This document shows positions 1-9,400 of a stretch of 39,007 bases of DNA, one piece after another; position 1 is the first letter of the stretch; each line of letters starts with the position of its first letter. The notes below the pieces were generated by a model. The model was not told the DNA's origin, did no database searches, and saw only the letters and a list, made by a program, of their open reading frames with translations. Source of the DNA: a virus; IMG/VR virus record IMGVR_UViG_3300027852_000026, positions 1 through 39,007 of that record. One strand, given 5' to 3'. The position numbers were made by a program, and so were the translations under genes.

Positions 1-594
1 GTCTTCGGCACCACCGACAGCTATGGTGACGTTGTTGTTAAAGGCGCGTTCACTCAGTCGCTGGCTGACTGGGCCGGCAAGGGGCGCATGCCATCGCTGT
101 TATGGCAGCACGACACCAAAGAGCCTATCGGCGTCTATAGCAAAATGGAAGAAGACGACGAAGGCCTTTACGTTGAGGGCCGTTTACTTATTGACGACGA
201 CCCACTCGCCAAGCGTGCCCATGCCCACCTAAAAGCGGGCAGCCTGTCGGGCATGTCAATCGGCTACTCCCTGCCCAGTGACGGCTGGCATTACGACAAA
301 GAAAAAGACGTTTTTGTCCTATCAAAAATAGACCTCTGGGAAGTCTCCCTCGTTACTTTCCCCGCCAACGACGAAGCCAGAGTGGCGCAAGTTAAATCAA
401 TGCTTACCCACGGTGACACACCGAATATCAGACAAGTCGAGCACTGCCTACGTGACGTAGGTTTTAGCGCCCGGCAAGCCAAGGCGTTTATTGCCGACGG
501 CTACAGCGGCATTGGCCTTCGTGACGAAGGCGGCGACGCGGAGTTAATTAAATCCATAAATGAATTAACCCAATCAATGAGACCACAAACATGA
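1..594 (+). CDS. HK97-family prohead maturation protease, 3' portion (5' end is 38803..39007 across the circular junction)
   Basis: Frame 1 is open from base 1 (VFGTTDSYGDVVVKGAF...). It carries the GYGSVFG..D.YGD.V.KGAF, LWQHD..EPIG and MSIGY motifs typical of Peptidase S78/U35. It lies between the portal and capsid genes, and its stop overlaps the capsid ATG (ATGA, 591-594). Confidence 0.9.
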   Translation, partial: VFGTTDSYGDVVVKGAFTQSLADWAGKGRMPSLLWQHDTKEPIGVYSKMEEDDEGLYVEGRLLIDDDPLAKRAHAHLKAGSLSGMSIGYSLPSDGWHYDKEKDVFVLSKIDLWEVSLVTFPANDEARVAQVKSMLTHGDTPNIRQVEHCLRDVGFSARQAKAFIADGYSGIGLRDEGGDAELIKSINELTQSMRPQT

Positions 595-1811
595 ATGAAT
601 TAAAGAAAACCATTGACGAGCTAGCCTCTGTCTTCCACGAATTTAAAAAAACCAACGAAACCCGGCTTAAGGCAGTTGAAGATGGCGGCGCCGTCGGTGA
701 CCTCGACGGCAAGTTGGCCGCTATCAACGAAAGAATGTCTGAATTAACAGACGTTAAAACCAAGCTCGACGCGCTTGAAACAAAAAGCAATCGTATCCCC
801 GGCGGTGGCCAGGAAGACGGCGAAAAAGCCGCCGATATCGCTGCCCACGTTAAAGGCTTTAACCAGTACTTCCGTAAGGGAGAAATTGGCGACCTGCGCG
901 AACTGCAGCAAAAAGCCCTGTCTGTGGGCGTTGATGCCAGCGGCGGCTACACCGTACACGCTGAAATCGAGAAAGGCATCGACCGCGTTATGGCCGACTT
1001 CGGCGCAATGCGCAGCCTTTCCACTGTTATGCCTATCGGCACCGACGAATATAAGCGCTATGTCAGCCAGGGCGGCGCAGCATCGGGCTGGGTGGGGGAG
1101 ACAGAGGCCCGGACAGAAACAGGTACACCGACTCTTGAAGAGCTTGTCTTCAATGCCAAGGAGATTTATGCAGAGCCGCGCACCACTCAAAGACTGCTCG
1201 ATGTAAGCATTGAAGATATCGGTGGTTGGTTGGCAGAAGAAGTGGGTATCGAGTTTGCCGAGCAAGAAGGGGATAAATTCCTCACTGGGGACGGTGTTAA
1301 GCAGCCTAAAGGCCTGCTTACTTACCCTACGGTGGCCAACGCAAACTGGACGTGGGGCAATATTGGTGTAATCAACTCAGGTGCGGCTGGTAACTTTGTG
1401 GCGGCGCCTAATGGCGGTGATTCCCTGGTTGATTTGGTTCACAGTTTAAAGCGTGGTTATCGTGCCAATGCCGGTTTCTTAATGAACGACCTCACTCTGG
1501 CGGCGGTTCGCAAGTTAAAAGACTCTGATGGCAACTATCTCTGGCGTCCAGGTCTTGAGGCAGGGCAAGCAGAGACCTTGCTTGGCAAGCCAGTTGAGAT
1601 TGACGACTTTATGCCCGACATAGCTGCCGACAGCCTATCGATAGCCTTCGGTGACTTTAAGCGTGCCTATCGCATTGTTGACCTCGTTGGTATTCGAGTG
1701 CTGCGCGACGACATTACTGAGAAAGGCTTTGTTAAGTTCTACACCACCAAGCGTGTAGGTGGCGGCATTAACCACTACGAAGCCGTCAAGTTCATGAAGT
1801 TCGCTGTTTAA
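591..1811 (+). CDS. major capsid protein, HK97 family, with N-terminal coiled-coil delta/scaffold domain
   Basis: 406 aa. The first ~100 aa are helical and charged (delta-domain-like), followed by ALSVGVDASGGYTV as in HK97-type capsids. It follows the protease gene and is followed by a strong terminator. Confidence 0.92.
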   Translation: MNELKKTIDELASVFHEFKKTNETRLKAVEDGGAVGDLDGKLAAINERMSELTDVKTKLDALETKSNRIPGGGQEDGEKAADIAAHVKGFNQYFRKGEIGDLRELQQKALSVGVDASGGYTVHAEIEKGIDRVMADFGAMRSLSTVMPIGTDEYKRYVSQGGAASGWVGETEARTETGTPTLEELVFNAKEIYAEPRTTQRLLDVSIEDIGGWLAEEVGIEFAEQEGDKFLTGDGVKQPKGLLTYPTVANANWTWGNIGVINSGAAGNFVAAPNGGDSLVDLVHSLKRGYRANAGFLMNDLTLAAVRKLKDSDGNYLWRPGLEAGQAETLLGKPVEIDDFMPDIAADSLSIAFGDFKRAYRIVDLVGIRVLRDDITEKGFVKFYTTKRVGGGINHYEAVKFMKFAV

Positions 1812-1848
1812 TCGAAGGCTTTTAACGTTAAAGCTAAAGTCTAAAAAA

Positions 1849-1879
1849 GCCGCCATAGTCATAATTATGGCGGCTTTTT
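1849..1879 (+). terminator. rho-independent terminator after the capsid gene
   Basis: A perfect 9-bp stem, GCCGCCATA (1849-1857) / TATGGCGGC (1866-1874), with an 8-nt loop, followed by TTTTT (1875-1879). Confidence 0.85.
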
Positions 1880-1898
1880 CTATTCAGGTTGAAAAAAA

Positions 1899-2168
1899 AT
1901 GAAAGCACCAAAAGGTTTTAAATATTCACCCAATGGTTACCACGTTGTTGTTGTTGCCGAAGGTGAAGAGATGTGCGAGGCGGCCATTAAAGCCGCGATT
2001 GATCTTAAAATCACGACAAAATCAGCTGTCACCAAAGCGAATAAATTAAAAGACGCCGAAGCCAAAGCCGCCCAAGAAGCTGCCGACGCCGAAGCCAAAG
2101 CCGCCCAAGAAGCTGCCGACGCCGATGCCGAAGGCACTTCCAGCGACGACGAAGCCAGCGGCGACTAA
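1899..2168 (+). CDS. small acidic Ala/Glu-rich protein of unknown function, carrying a tandem-repeat segment
   Basis: An 89-aa ORF directly after the capsid terminator. Its stop abuts the next ATG (TAAATG at 2166-2171). The C-terminal half is DAEAKAAQEAA x2 followed by an acidic tail. Confidence 0.7.
   Translation: MKAPKGFKYSPNGYHVVVVAEGEEMCEAAIKAAIDLKITTKSAVTKANKLKDAEAKAAQEAADAEAKAAQEAADADAEGTSSDDEASGD
2052..2117. repeat. perfect 33-bp tandem duplication (GACGCCGAAGCCAAAGCCGCCCAAGAAGCTGCC x2), with a partial third copy to ~2130
   Basis: 2052-2084 equals 2085-2117 by direct reading. It is in frame and encodes DAEAKAAQEAA twice. Confidence 0.95.
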
Positions 2169-2771
2169 ATGCCCCACATCCCCGTACACACAGCGCTGCT
2201 AACACCGGCGCCATTTGCCCCGGTTAGCGTTGCCGACCTGCAAAGCCACACAGTGGTAGAGCATAACGACGATGACGACCTGCTGGCCATTTATATTGAC
2301 GCCGCCACCGCGCAAGTGCAGGCCGACACTGGCCGTGCCATCGTCAAACAGCAGTGGCAGGCATCGTTAGAGTGCTTCCCGGCGGTCATTTACCTGCCAA
2401 AACCGCCATTATTAGCGGTCGAAAGCATTAAATATTTCGACACCGACGGCGTTGAACAAACCCTCGACCCCGTCGACTATCAAGTGTCGACCATTGGCAT
2501 TGTGGGCCGCATTGCCCCCGCGCCCGGCCTTAGCTGGCCCAGCGTGCAAGCGGGCCGTTTTAACGGTGTAAACGTGGTTTATCAGGCCGGCGACGTCGAT
2601 GTTGTTGGCGGTGTCGCCCAAAGTGAGGCACCCGCGCAACTGCGCCAGGCTATTTACGTGCTGGCCGCGCATTTTTACGAAAACCGCGAAGCCACTGCGC
2701 CCGGCAATATTAATGAAACCCCAATGGCCTACCAAATGCTCGTCGACAGCCTCGCGGTTAGCGCCCTGTGA
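2169..2771 (+). CDS. head-tail connector protein (gp6-like / phiE125 gp8-like)
   Basis: 200 aa. The C-terminal QLRQAIYVLAAHFYENRE motif is typical of gp6-like connectors, and the gene sits in the head-completion block. Confidence 0.75.
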   Translation: MPHIPVHTALLTPAPFAPVSVADLQSHTVVEHNDDDDLLAIYIDAATAQVQADTGRAIVKQQWQASLECFPAVIYLPKPPLLAVESIKYFDTDGVEQTLDPVDYQVSTIGIVGRIAPAPGLSWPSVQAGRFNGVNVVYQAGDVDVVGGVAQSEAPAQLRQAIYVLAAHFYENREATAPGNINETPMAYQMLVDSLAVSAL

Positions 2772-3088
2772 AGGCAGGCAAGCTGCGCTATGTGGCCGAG
2801 CTACTCAAACCCTCGACCACAGGCGATGCCTACAACAGCGGCCTGGGTTTTGACAGTGTTGGCACCGCTCGGGTTTATCTTGCCCCTTTAAACGGCAGCG
2901 AAATACACAGCGCCCACCAAACGCAAGGCAAATTAGTCGCCCGCGTGTGGATGCGCTACCGCGCAGATGTTAAAGCCAGTTGGCGCATGGTTATCGACGG
3001 CAACACCTGGGAGATAGCCAGCCCACCAATGGACAAAAAAGGCCATAGAACCCAGCTCGAAATGCTCGTTTTTTTAATTGACGGTTAA
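2768..3088 (+). CDS. head-tail adaptor / head-closure protein (SPP1 gp16-like)
   Basis: 106 aa. The N-terminus MKAGKLRYVAELLKP and the size are typical of this family. A 4-bp overlap couples it to the upstream gene. Confidence 0.7.
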   Translation: MKAGKLRYVAELLKPSTTGDAYNSGLGFDSVGTARVYLAPLNGSEIHSAHQTQGKLVARVWMRYRADVKASWRMVIDGNTWEIASPPMDKKGHRTQLEMLVFLIDG

Positions 3089-3105
3089 CGCGGGCAAAAA
3101 CATAA

Positions 3106-3615
3106 ATGATTGATTTTGAATTCTCCCCCTCTGTTGCTCACATGCTTAAAGAGCTTGAAGCTATGGAGTCAGGCCTGGGCAAAAAAGCCCAGCATCAGGC
3201 CCTTGTATTTGCAGCATCGCCTGTAAAAAAGGCCGTTAAACGCCAGGCCCCGGTAAAAACCGGCGCACTGAAAAAATCCATAGGCCACCGCAAATTCAGG
3301 CCCACTGAGCGGGCTAGGCTCGGCATTAATACCGACGATGCAGCCATTTACATCGGCCCCAAAAACAAACAGCAATACAAAGCCAACTGGCTAGAAAATA
3401 CCGGCGCAAAAGCTCATAAAATCAAACCTGAACGCGAAAGCGGCCATAAATATCTGCGCTTTTACGGCACCTTTGCGAAAAAAGTGAATCACCCTGGCAT
3501 GAAAGCCAGGCCATTTATTAGCGCAGGGTGGGAGCAAACCGACGAGGTTTTTCAAACCCGTTTTTTTAATAAAGTGCAAACCTTCTTAGAGAAAGCCAGT
3601 GCAAAACCTGCTTGA
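3106..3615 (+). CDS. HK97 gp10-family neck/tail-completion protein
   Basis: 169 aa. PVKTGALKKSIGH resembles the P..TG.L..Si motif of the gp10 family, and the synteny fits. Confidence 0.7.
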   Translation: MIDFEFSPSVAHMLKELEAMESGLGKKAQHQALVFAASPVKKAVKRQAPVKTGALKKSIGHRKFRPTERARLGINTDDAAIYIGPKNKQQYKANWLENTGAKAHKIKPERESGHKYLRFYGTFAKKVNHPGMKARPFISAGWEQTDEVFQTRFFNKVQTFLEKASAKPA

Positions 3616-4339
3616 CCAAATAACCAACAACACCGCCGGCTTTAATGTCGTCGCCGAGGCCCCCAGCAGCGAATCGCTGGCCACCGTCGACGCCGCCGCA
3701 GCCAGTGCCGAGCTGCACGCGCTGCTCGAATTAACCGGCGCTCGCGCTTACGCCCTCGATGCGCAAGCGGGCAACACACCGCCCGACGCTATTTATCAAG
3801 TGGTGGGGGCCAACCCCGTCACCATTGGCTCGGCTCGCATTGCCACACAAGTCACGTTCGACGTCACTCTGCGCGAAACCAGCTACAGCGCATTGCTGGC
3901 ACTGCTAACCGCTACCGAAGCACAAGTGCAAGCCGCCGCTGGCGCCATTTCAATCACTGGTGCCGCCGCTGCGTTTGACGAAAAAACAGGTCTGCACATG
4001 TTCGGCCTTGAGCTGCAATACATCGTGCCAGCCGTGGCCGGTGTGGGTAGTGACTACCCAGCCGTGCTGGTCGATTTAGCCAGCGTGTCAGCCGCTGATT
4101 CGACCTACGACAACACGGTAAAACAGCGGGTAACCCGAAATTACGGCCTAACTATTTTATCGGCCAGCAACAACATCGCGGCCCTGCGTATTGAGCTGCA
4201 AGCCGCGCTACTAGGTTGGCAAGAACAGCCCACCTATTTTGAAATGCAATATTCAAGTGGCGCCGCCATCGATATCGGCGGCGGACTTTACGCCTGGCGC
4301 GAACAGTACCAAGACAGCTTATTTATAGCCCAGCAATAA
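3599..4339 (+). CDS. putative neck / tail-terminator protein (function assigned from position only)
   Basis: 246 aa with a GTG start that overlaps the upstream gene. It lies between the gp10-like gene and the tail tube gene. Confidence 0.55.
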   Translation: MQNLLDQITNNTAGFNVVAEAPSSESLATVDAAAASAELHALLELTGARAYALDAQAGNTPPDAIYQVVGANPVTIGSARIATQVTFDVTLRETSYSALLALLTATEAQVQAAAGAISITGAAAAFDEKTGLHMFGLELQYIVPAVAGVGSDYPAVLVDLASVSAADSTYDNTVKQRVTRNYGLTILSASNNIAALRIELQAALLGWQEQPTYFEMQYSSGAAIDIGGGLYAWREQYQDSLFIAQQ

Positions 4340-4374
4340 CCCCGCAACAACCCAACAAACAAAGAGGCACCACC

Positions 4375-4545
4375 ATGGCCAACTCAGGCGGCAGCTACAC
4401 GGCTGACAAAAAAGGCGAAAAACCCAAATTAGTTCACTGCACGCAAGAACCAGCGCGTGACAAAAATGGCAAGCGTTTACCCACCCAGCCCCCTGCTAAT
4501 AAAGCGCAGGCTGCACCCGCAAACAAACAAGAGGTCGCTGACTAA
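4375..4545 (+). CDS. small Lys/Pro-rich protein (56 aa), absent from the supplied ORF track
   Basis: ATG at 4375 preceded by AGAGG (4363-4367). The frame is open to TAA at 4543-4545, which overlaps the tail tube ATG (TAATG). Translated by hand as MANSGGSYTADKKGEKPKLVHCTQEPARDKNGKRLPTQPPANKAQAAPANKQEVAD. Confidence 0.6.
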   Translation: MANSGGSYTADKKGEKPKLVHCTQEPARDKNGKRLPTQPPANKAQAAPANKQEVAD

Positions 4546-5468
4546 TGTTTTTCAGTAAAAAAAACATTCTTGTAAAAATCGAAAGCACCTACGGTGTTGA
4601 CTCCACTCCAGATGGCTCTAACGCCATCGAAACTAAAAACCTGCAAATAAGCCCGCAGCAGGGCACTCGGGTGAGCCGCGATCTTGATCGCCCTACCTTG
4701 GGCAACGATGCGGAAATCCCCACTAGCCTCTATACCATGCTGAGTTTTGATGTCGAGTTGGCGGGGGCCGGTGCTGCCGGTGATGCCCCTGGCTTTGGCC
4801 CGCTGCTACGGGCATGCGGTTTTGCCGAAACATTAGTGGCCCTTACCAGCGCTACCTACGCGCCAGTGTCGTCTAATTATGAGAGTATCGTTATTTATTA
4901 CATTCATGATGGCGAACTCCACAAGCTTACCGGCTCGCGGGGCAGTGTGTCGTTTAATCTCAGCAAAGACAGCATCCCGGTTATGACGTTTAATTTTACC
5001 GGGCTGCATAATGACCCCACAGCCGCCGTTGCGGTTACCCCGGACACGTCCGCGTTCCAAGTCCCCCTGCCGGTAACTAAGGCGAATACGCCAACGTACA
5101 CGGTCGACAGCTTCGCGGTAAAGGCTGAGGCGTTTAGTTTAGATATGGCCTGGAACGTTGCTTATCGCAATGTCGTGAATTCTGAGAGCGTAATCATTTC
5201 TGACCGCGCCCCTGCTGGCAGTCTCGTGTTTGAGCAAGAAGAAATTGCCACGAAAAACTTCTGGACGCTATCAAAAGGCGTCAGCCTCATTCCTATCAAT
5301 ATCGTTCACGGCACCACTGCGGGCAATATCGTGCAGATTACGGGTAGCAAAGTGCAGCTATCACAGCCTAGCTTGAGCGACTCAGACAAGCTCAGCGTAA
5401 TGAATATGAAAACCCTGTGGACACCCACCGACTCCGGTGACGACGAAGTAAGCATCGTTTTCACCTAA
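4545..5468 (+). CDS. major tail (tube) protein
   Basis: 307 aa, immediately upstream of the chaperone pair and the tape measure gene, which is the canonical siphovirus order. Confidence 0.75.
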   Translation: MFFSKKNILVKIESTYGVDSTPDGSNAIETKNLQISPQQGTRVSRDLDRPTLGNDAEIPTSLYTMLSFDVELAGAGAAGDAPGFGPLLRACGFAETLVALTSATYAPVSSNYESIVIYYIHDGELHKLTGSRGSVSFNLSKDSIPVMTFNFTGLHNDPTAAVAVTPDTSAFQVPLPVTKANTPTYTVDSFAVKAEAFSLDMAWNVAYRNVVNSESVIISDRAPAGSLVFEQEEIATKNFWTLSKGVSLIPINIVHGTTAGNIVQITGSKVQLSQPSLSDSDKLSVMNMKTLWTPTDSGDDEVSIVFT

Positions 5469-5585
5469 ACAGTTCTGGCGGCGCAACACTGTAGTGCAAC
5501 ACTGCGCCGGGAGTCCGCCCCGGCGTGGTGGCCAGATTCATTAGCGGACATTCATTTTTTTATTCATTATTTAAGCGGACAAATT

Positions 5586-6026
5586 ATGCCTTTAAGTACG
5601 TCGCCAACAACAAGTGTTACCCGGTCATTAACTATTGATGAGCCTACCGCAACAGGGTTTCGGAAAACAAAATTTAGAGCTGTTATTCGCAAAATACACG
5701 GTGACGAGCACCTTGAGTTTGCAAAACGGCAATTTGATTTGTCAGCAAGGAATGCGCAGATAAAATCAAAAGAAGAGGCCAAGCAAGTTATTACCGCCGA
5801 GGAAATGGATGAGTTTTATGCGTTAGTGGATTCTGATGCAGAGGTGGTAATGGACTACGTTGAAGACATTCTTGATATCGTTGGTCCTGACGGGGAAAAA
5901 GTAGAATGTACGCCGGAGCTGATTAAAATGTATTCGGGGATATCTTATATTGCGAAGCCTTTGGCGCTCGAATGCCTCGCTGTGCAGAATGACAGCCCTG
6001 CTACTAACGGCACAATAAAAAACTAA
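5586..6026 (+). CDS. tail assembly chaperone (gpG analogue)
   Basis: A 146-aa acidic protein directly upstream of the tape measure gene. It ends in the slippery run A AAA AAC TAA. Confidence 0.8.
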   Translation: MPLSTSPTTSVTRSLTIDEPTATGFRKTKFRAVIRKIHGDEHLEFAKRQFDLSARNAQIKSKEEAKQVITAEEMDEFYALVDSDAEVVMDYVEDILDIVGPDGEKVECTPELIKMYSGISYIAKPLALECLAVQNDSPATNGTIKN

Positions 6027-6376
6027 TAGAGGCTGGTCGCACCTGGGCTTATGTTAAGCCCGGTGATGACGGAACGGCAGAAGATAGAAAATATATAAAA
6101 CTGCCTCCCGCACCTGCCCCCGACCAGCCAGAAACCTTTTATTTAGACCATGCAAACCTCACTGCCTGGCAGGCATTTACCGCCTGCGCTACCCAGTGGC
6201 GGCTAATGCCTATGGGCGGTATTCAAGGCATTGACTACGGCGCGCTGCAAAGTGTGCTGGCCATGCAGGGAGTTGAAAACACCAGCGAAACCTTTGAAAA
6301 AGTGCGTTTTATTGAACAAGGCGCACTCGCACAAATGGCTGAACAAGCCGCGCTTGAAAAACTAAAAACCCCTTAA
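5586..6376 (+). CDS. tail assembly chaperone, -1 frameshift fusion product (gpGT analogue)
   Basis: After a -1 slip at 6017-6023, the -1 frame stays open to TAA at 6374-6376 (translated by hand with no stops). The extension contains LTAWQAFTACATQWRLMPMGGIQGIDYGALQSVLAMQGV, which resembles DUF1799-type T domains. Confidence 0.75.
6017..6023 (+). other. -1 programmed ribosomal frameshift slippery heptamer A AAA AAC
   Basis: An X XXY YYZ pattern in the zero frame of the chaperone ORF, one codon before its stop. Confidence 0.75.
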
Positions 6377-6403
6377 TTCATCGCTTAATCTGGCTTTTTT
6401 ACT

Positions 6404-9400
6404 ATGGCAAAAACCATAAAAACCGGCTTAATAATTACCGGCGATGCGAAAGGTGGCGTCTCGGCTTTAAAGCTGACTGACGAGCAATTAAAAGGCCTTA
6501 ATAGCACCCAGAAAAAAGCAGCCCAGCACAATAAAGATGCCGGCGTCAGTTTTGGTGATGCCACTAAAAAAGCCGCTGCCTATGGTGCCGCCGCTGCGTT
6601 GGCCGCCGGTGCGGGTGTTGCGTTGCTGGTCAAGCAGCAACTGGCATCTATCGACAGCACCGCCAAAATCAGCGACAAGCTGGGCATTGCGACCGAAAAC
6701 CTCACCGCCATGCGCATACAGGCCGAGCTTAGCGGTGTTGCCACTGAGACCCTCGACATGGGTCTGCAGCGCATGGTGCGTCGTGTGGGCGAAGCTGCCC
6801 AGGGCACGGGCGAAGCAAAAGACGCCCTTAAAGAATTAAATATAAATGCCGTTGAGCTGGCCAAGCTGTCGCCCGACAAGCAGTTTGCAGCCATTGGCGA
6901 TGCCATGGGTGGTGTGGGTAATCAGGCCGACCGTGTGCGCCTGGCGTTTAAATTGTTCGACTCCGGCGGTGTGGCCCTGCTTAACACCCTTAAAGGTGGC
7001 AGTGCTGCTGCATTAGAAGCCGCCGCGTTCACCGAGCAGTGGGGCCTGGCTATTAACCGGGTTGACTCGGCAAAAGTCGAAATGGCGAACGACGCCATAG
7101 GCAAGGTGGCGATGGCTAGCGAAGGGCTGTGGAAGCAGCTGGCCGTTGGTGTTGCTCCCGCGCTGATTGCAGTGTCGGAAGGTATTCTCGGTGTTAGCCG
7201 CGAGCTTGGCAGTGCCGAGGAGCAGGCTGATTCAATGGTTGACGGCTTTGTTTCTGCTGTTGGCTTTGTCGGTGATTCGGTGCGAGTGCTTGAGTTGATC
7301 TGGTCGGGATATACCCGGTTATTGTCAGAAGGTATTAGTCGGTTATTTACAGAAATCGCATCGCTCGATAAATCGCTAACAATTGTGCTTAATAAGCTGC
7401 CCGGTTTTATGGGTGGTGGTGGTTTTGAGCAAAACGAATTTTTGCAGCGCACAGCTCAAATGTACAGGGACGCAGCAGAGGTGGCCGCAAAAGGCTTTGT
7501 AGAGCTGTCCAATAAAGCCCTGCCTTCGGCATTATTAAAAAAGCGTTTTAAAGAAATAGAAAAAGAAGTTCAAAAAACCGCTGAAACTATTGCCGCGCAG
7601 GCGAATGTATCGACTGAATTAGTTAATGAAAATATTAATTCACTGCCCGTTGAACTAGAAACATCCACCGCCAAAATGGTGGCCACAGTGCAACGCGATG
7701 CCCCCAAAGCCGCCAACGTTTACGTCAGCGCCTGGGACAAAGCCGTTGAGCGTGTAGACGCCACTTTTGCCGACGCCTGGACTGGCGCTTACGACGGTTT
7801 CAAAAGCTTTGGCGACAATATAGTCGGCAGCTTTAAAACCATGCTGGCAGAAATGGCCCATCTTGCCATCACTAAGCCAATCATTATCGGTTTGGGTATG
7901 GGGGGTAGTGGTACTGCATCGGCAAGTAGTGGTTTTGGCCAGTTATTAAGTGGCGGTGGTGGCGGTGGTGGTGGGTTTTCTATCACTGATATTATTAGCA
8001 ATGCAAGGTCGTTTTTTAATTTAAATGGCGCTATTAATGGTGCTATTGACGGCGTAGTTAACGGCCTGTTCAATGCCGGCTTTCAGGATGCCGCGATAGG
8101 TGTTGGTAATGTTTCACAAGGCGTAACCGGCGCAAGTGGTGGGGTTGGTGGTGCTGGTGGTGGTATTGCTACAACGGCGGTGGCGGGGTTCGCGGGCAGT
8201 TATGCGGGCACGGCTGTCGGTGAAGGCTTGTTTGGCAAGCAGGCTAATTCCAGTATAGGGGCAACAGCAGGCAGCACTATTGGGGCTGTGGTTGGCTCTT
8301 ATGTGCCTTACATTGGCACGGCACTGGGTACGGCTGTTGGTGGTTTTATTGGCGGCCTGGCTGACGCAGCCTTTGGTGGCGATGGTAAAAAACGCGCCGC
8401 GTTAGGTGTGCGCACAAGGGCCGGCTTGGCAGCTGGTGGCCAGCCGCAGGCACAAGGTGCCTCTGGCTTGCTGTACACAGGTTATACAAAGCGTGCCGGC
8501 GCAGGTGCGGGTGAAACCGCGCAACAGATGATAGACCAGTTCGTCGCGCTTGATGCGGTACTCACGCAGGGCGTGCGCGGTCTTGGCGGCACGGTTGACC
8601 TTGCGGGTAAGTCATTAACAGGTAAGGCCCATCAGGCGGGTAAAAGTGGCGGTGACTTCTTTGGCGCCGCTGCGTTTAATAGCTTGTCGGGTGCCGATGT
8701 TAAAGGTGCCGCCGATGTGTTTGTATTTGCCTGGCTCGATGCTGTAAAAAACACCTTGCCTGCTAGAACAAGAAACATATTAAGTGCGGTTGATAAAGAC
8801 GCGGCCTCGTTGGTTGGCACAGTGCAATCGCTGGGCAATATATTTGGCGCCATGAAAGTGTCGGCGGGTGATTTGTTCACCGTTGCCGACGAGCTGGCGA
8901 ATAAAACGGCTGTTTCGTTATTTGACAGCTATGAGCTGCAAACAAATAGCACGATCAGTTTGGCGCAAGCCTACGACGGGTCGCTTTCGTCGCTGCAGGC
9001 CTATGAGCGGGCCATGTTGCAACAGCGCGACACCACGTTTTTAGTAGCACAGCAAATTAAAAACACGCAGGCATCACTTGCTGATAGTTTTTCAGAGATT
9101 AAAAACAGCATTTCTGACGCGCTATTGTCGCCCGAGCAATTGTACAACACCCGCCGGGGCCGCATTGGTGAGCTAACCAACGACCTTAAAACTGAACTAG
9201 ACCCCGCCGCCATTCAGCGCCTTGCGCTTGATATTGGCAGCCTCACAAAAACCACGTTTAACTCTATCGACAGCAGCCAGCGTGCAGCGTCGGGCACTGA
9301 TTTCGTCGGCTTTATTGAGCAAATTGATATTCTCGCACGCCAGCGGCTCGACGCATCGGCGGCGCATGTGCAAGAGGGCGTTGACGTGGCCGATGCGGTA

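Noticed and set aside
744-1265. Long antisense or out-of-frame ORFs in the track lying inside well-supported genes. Examples: 744..1265(-), 6922..7452(-), 10586..11017(-), 20790..21239(-), 26976..27515(-), 29612..30139(-), 30986..31543(-), 38066..38473(-).
   Set aside because: Each lies wholly within, or antisense to, a gene with clear family motifs. Their products are low-complexity and Arg/Pro/Ala/His-rich, as expected from a GC-rich reverse frame, and they lack ribosome-binding sites or coupling to neighbours.
7900-8400. Runs of GGT/GGC repeats, including GGCGGTGGTGGCGGTGGTGGTGGG near 7953-7976, considered as a simple-sequence, CRISPR-like or contingency locus.
   Set aside because: The repeats are in frame inside the tape measure ORF and encode a Gly8 run and Gly-zipper-like segments. 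There is no spacer/repeat periodicity.
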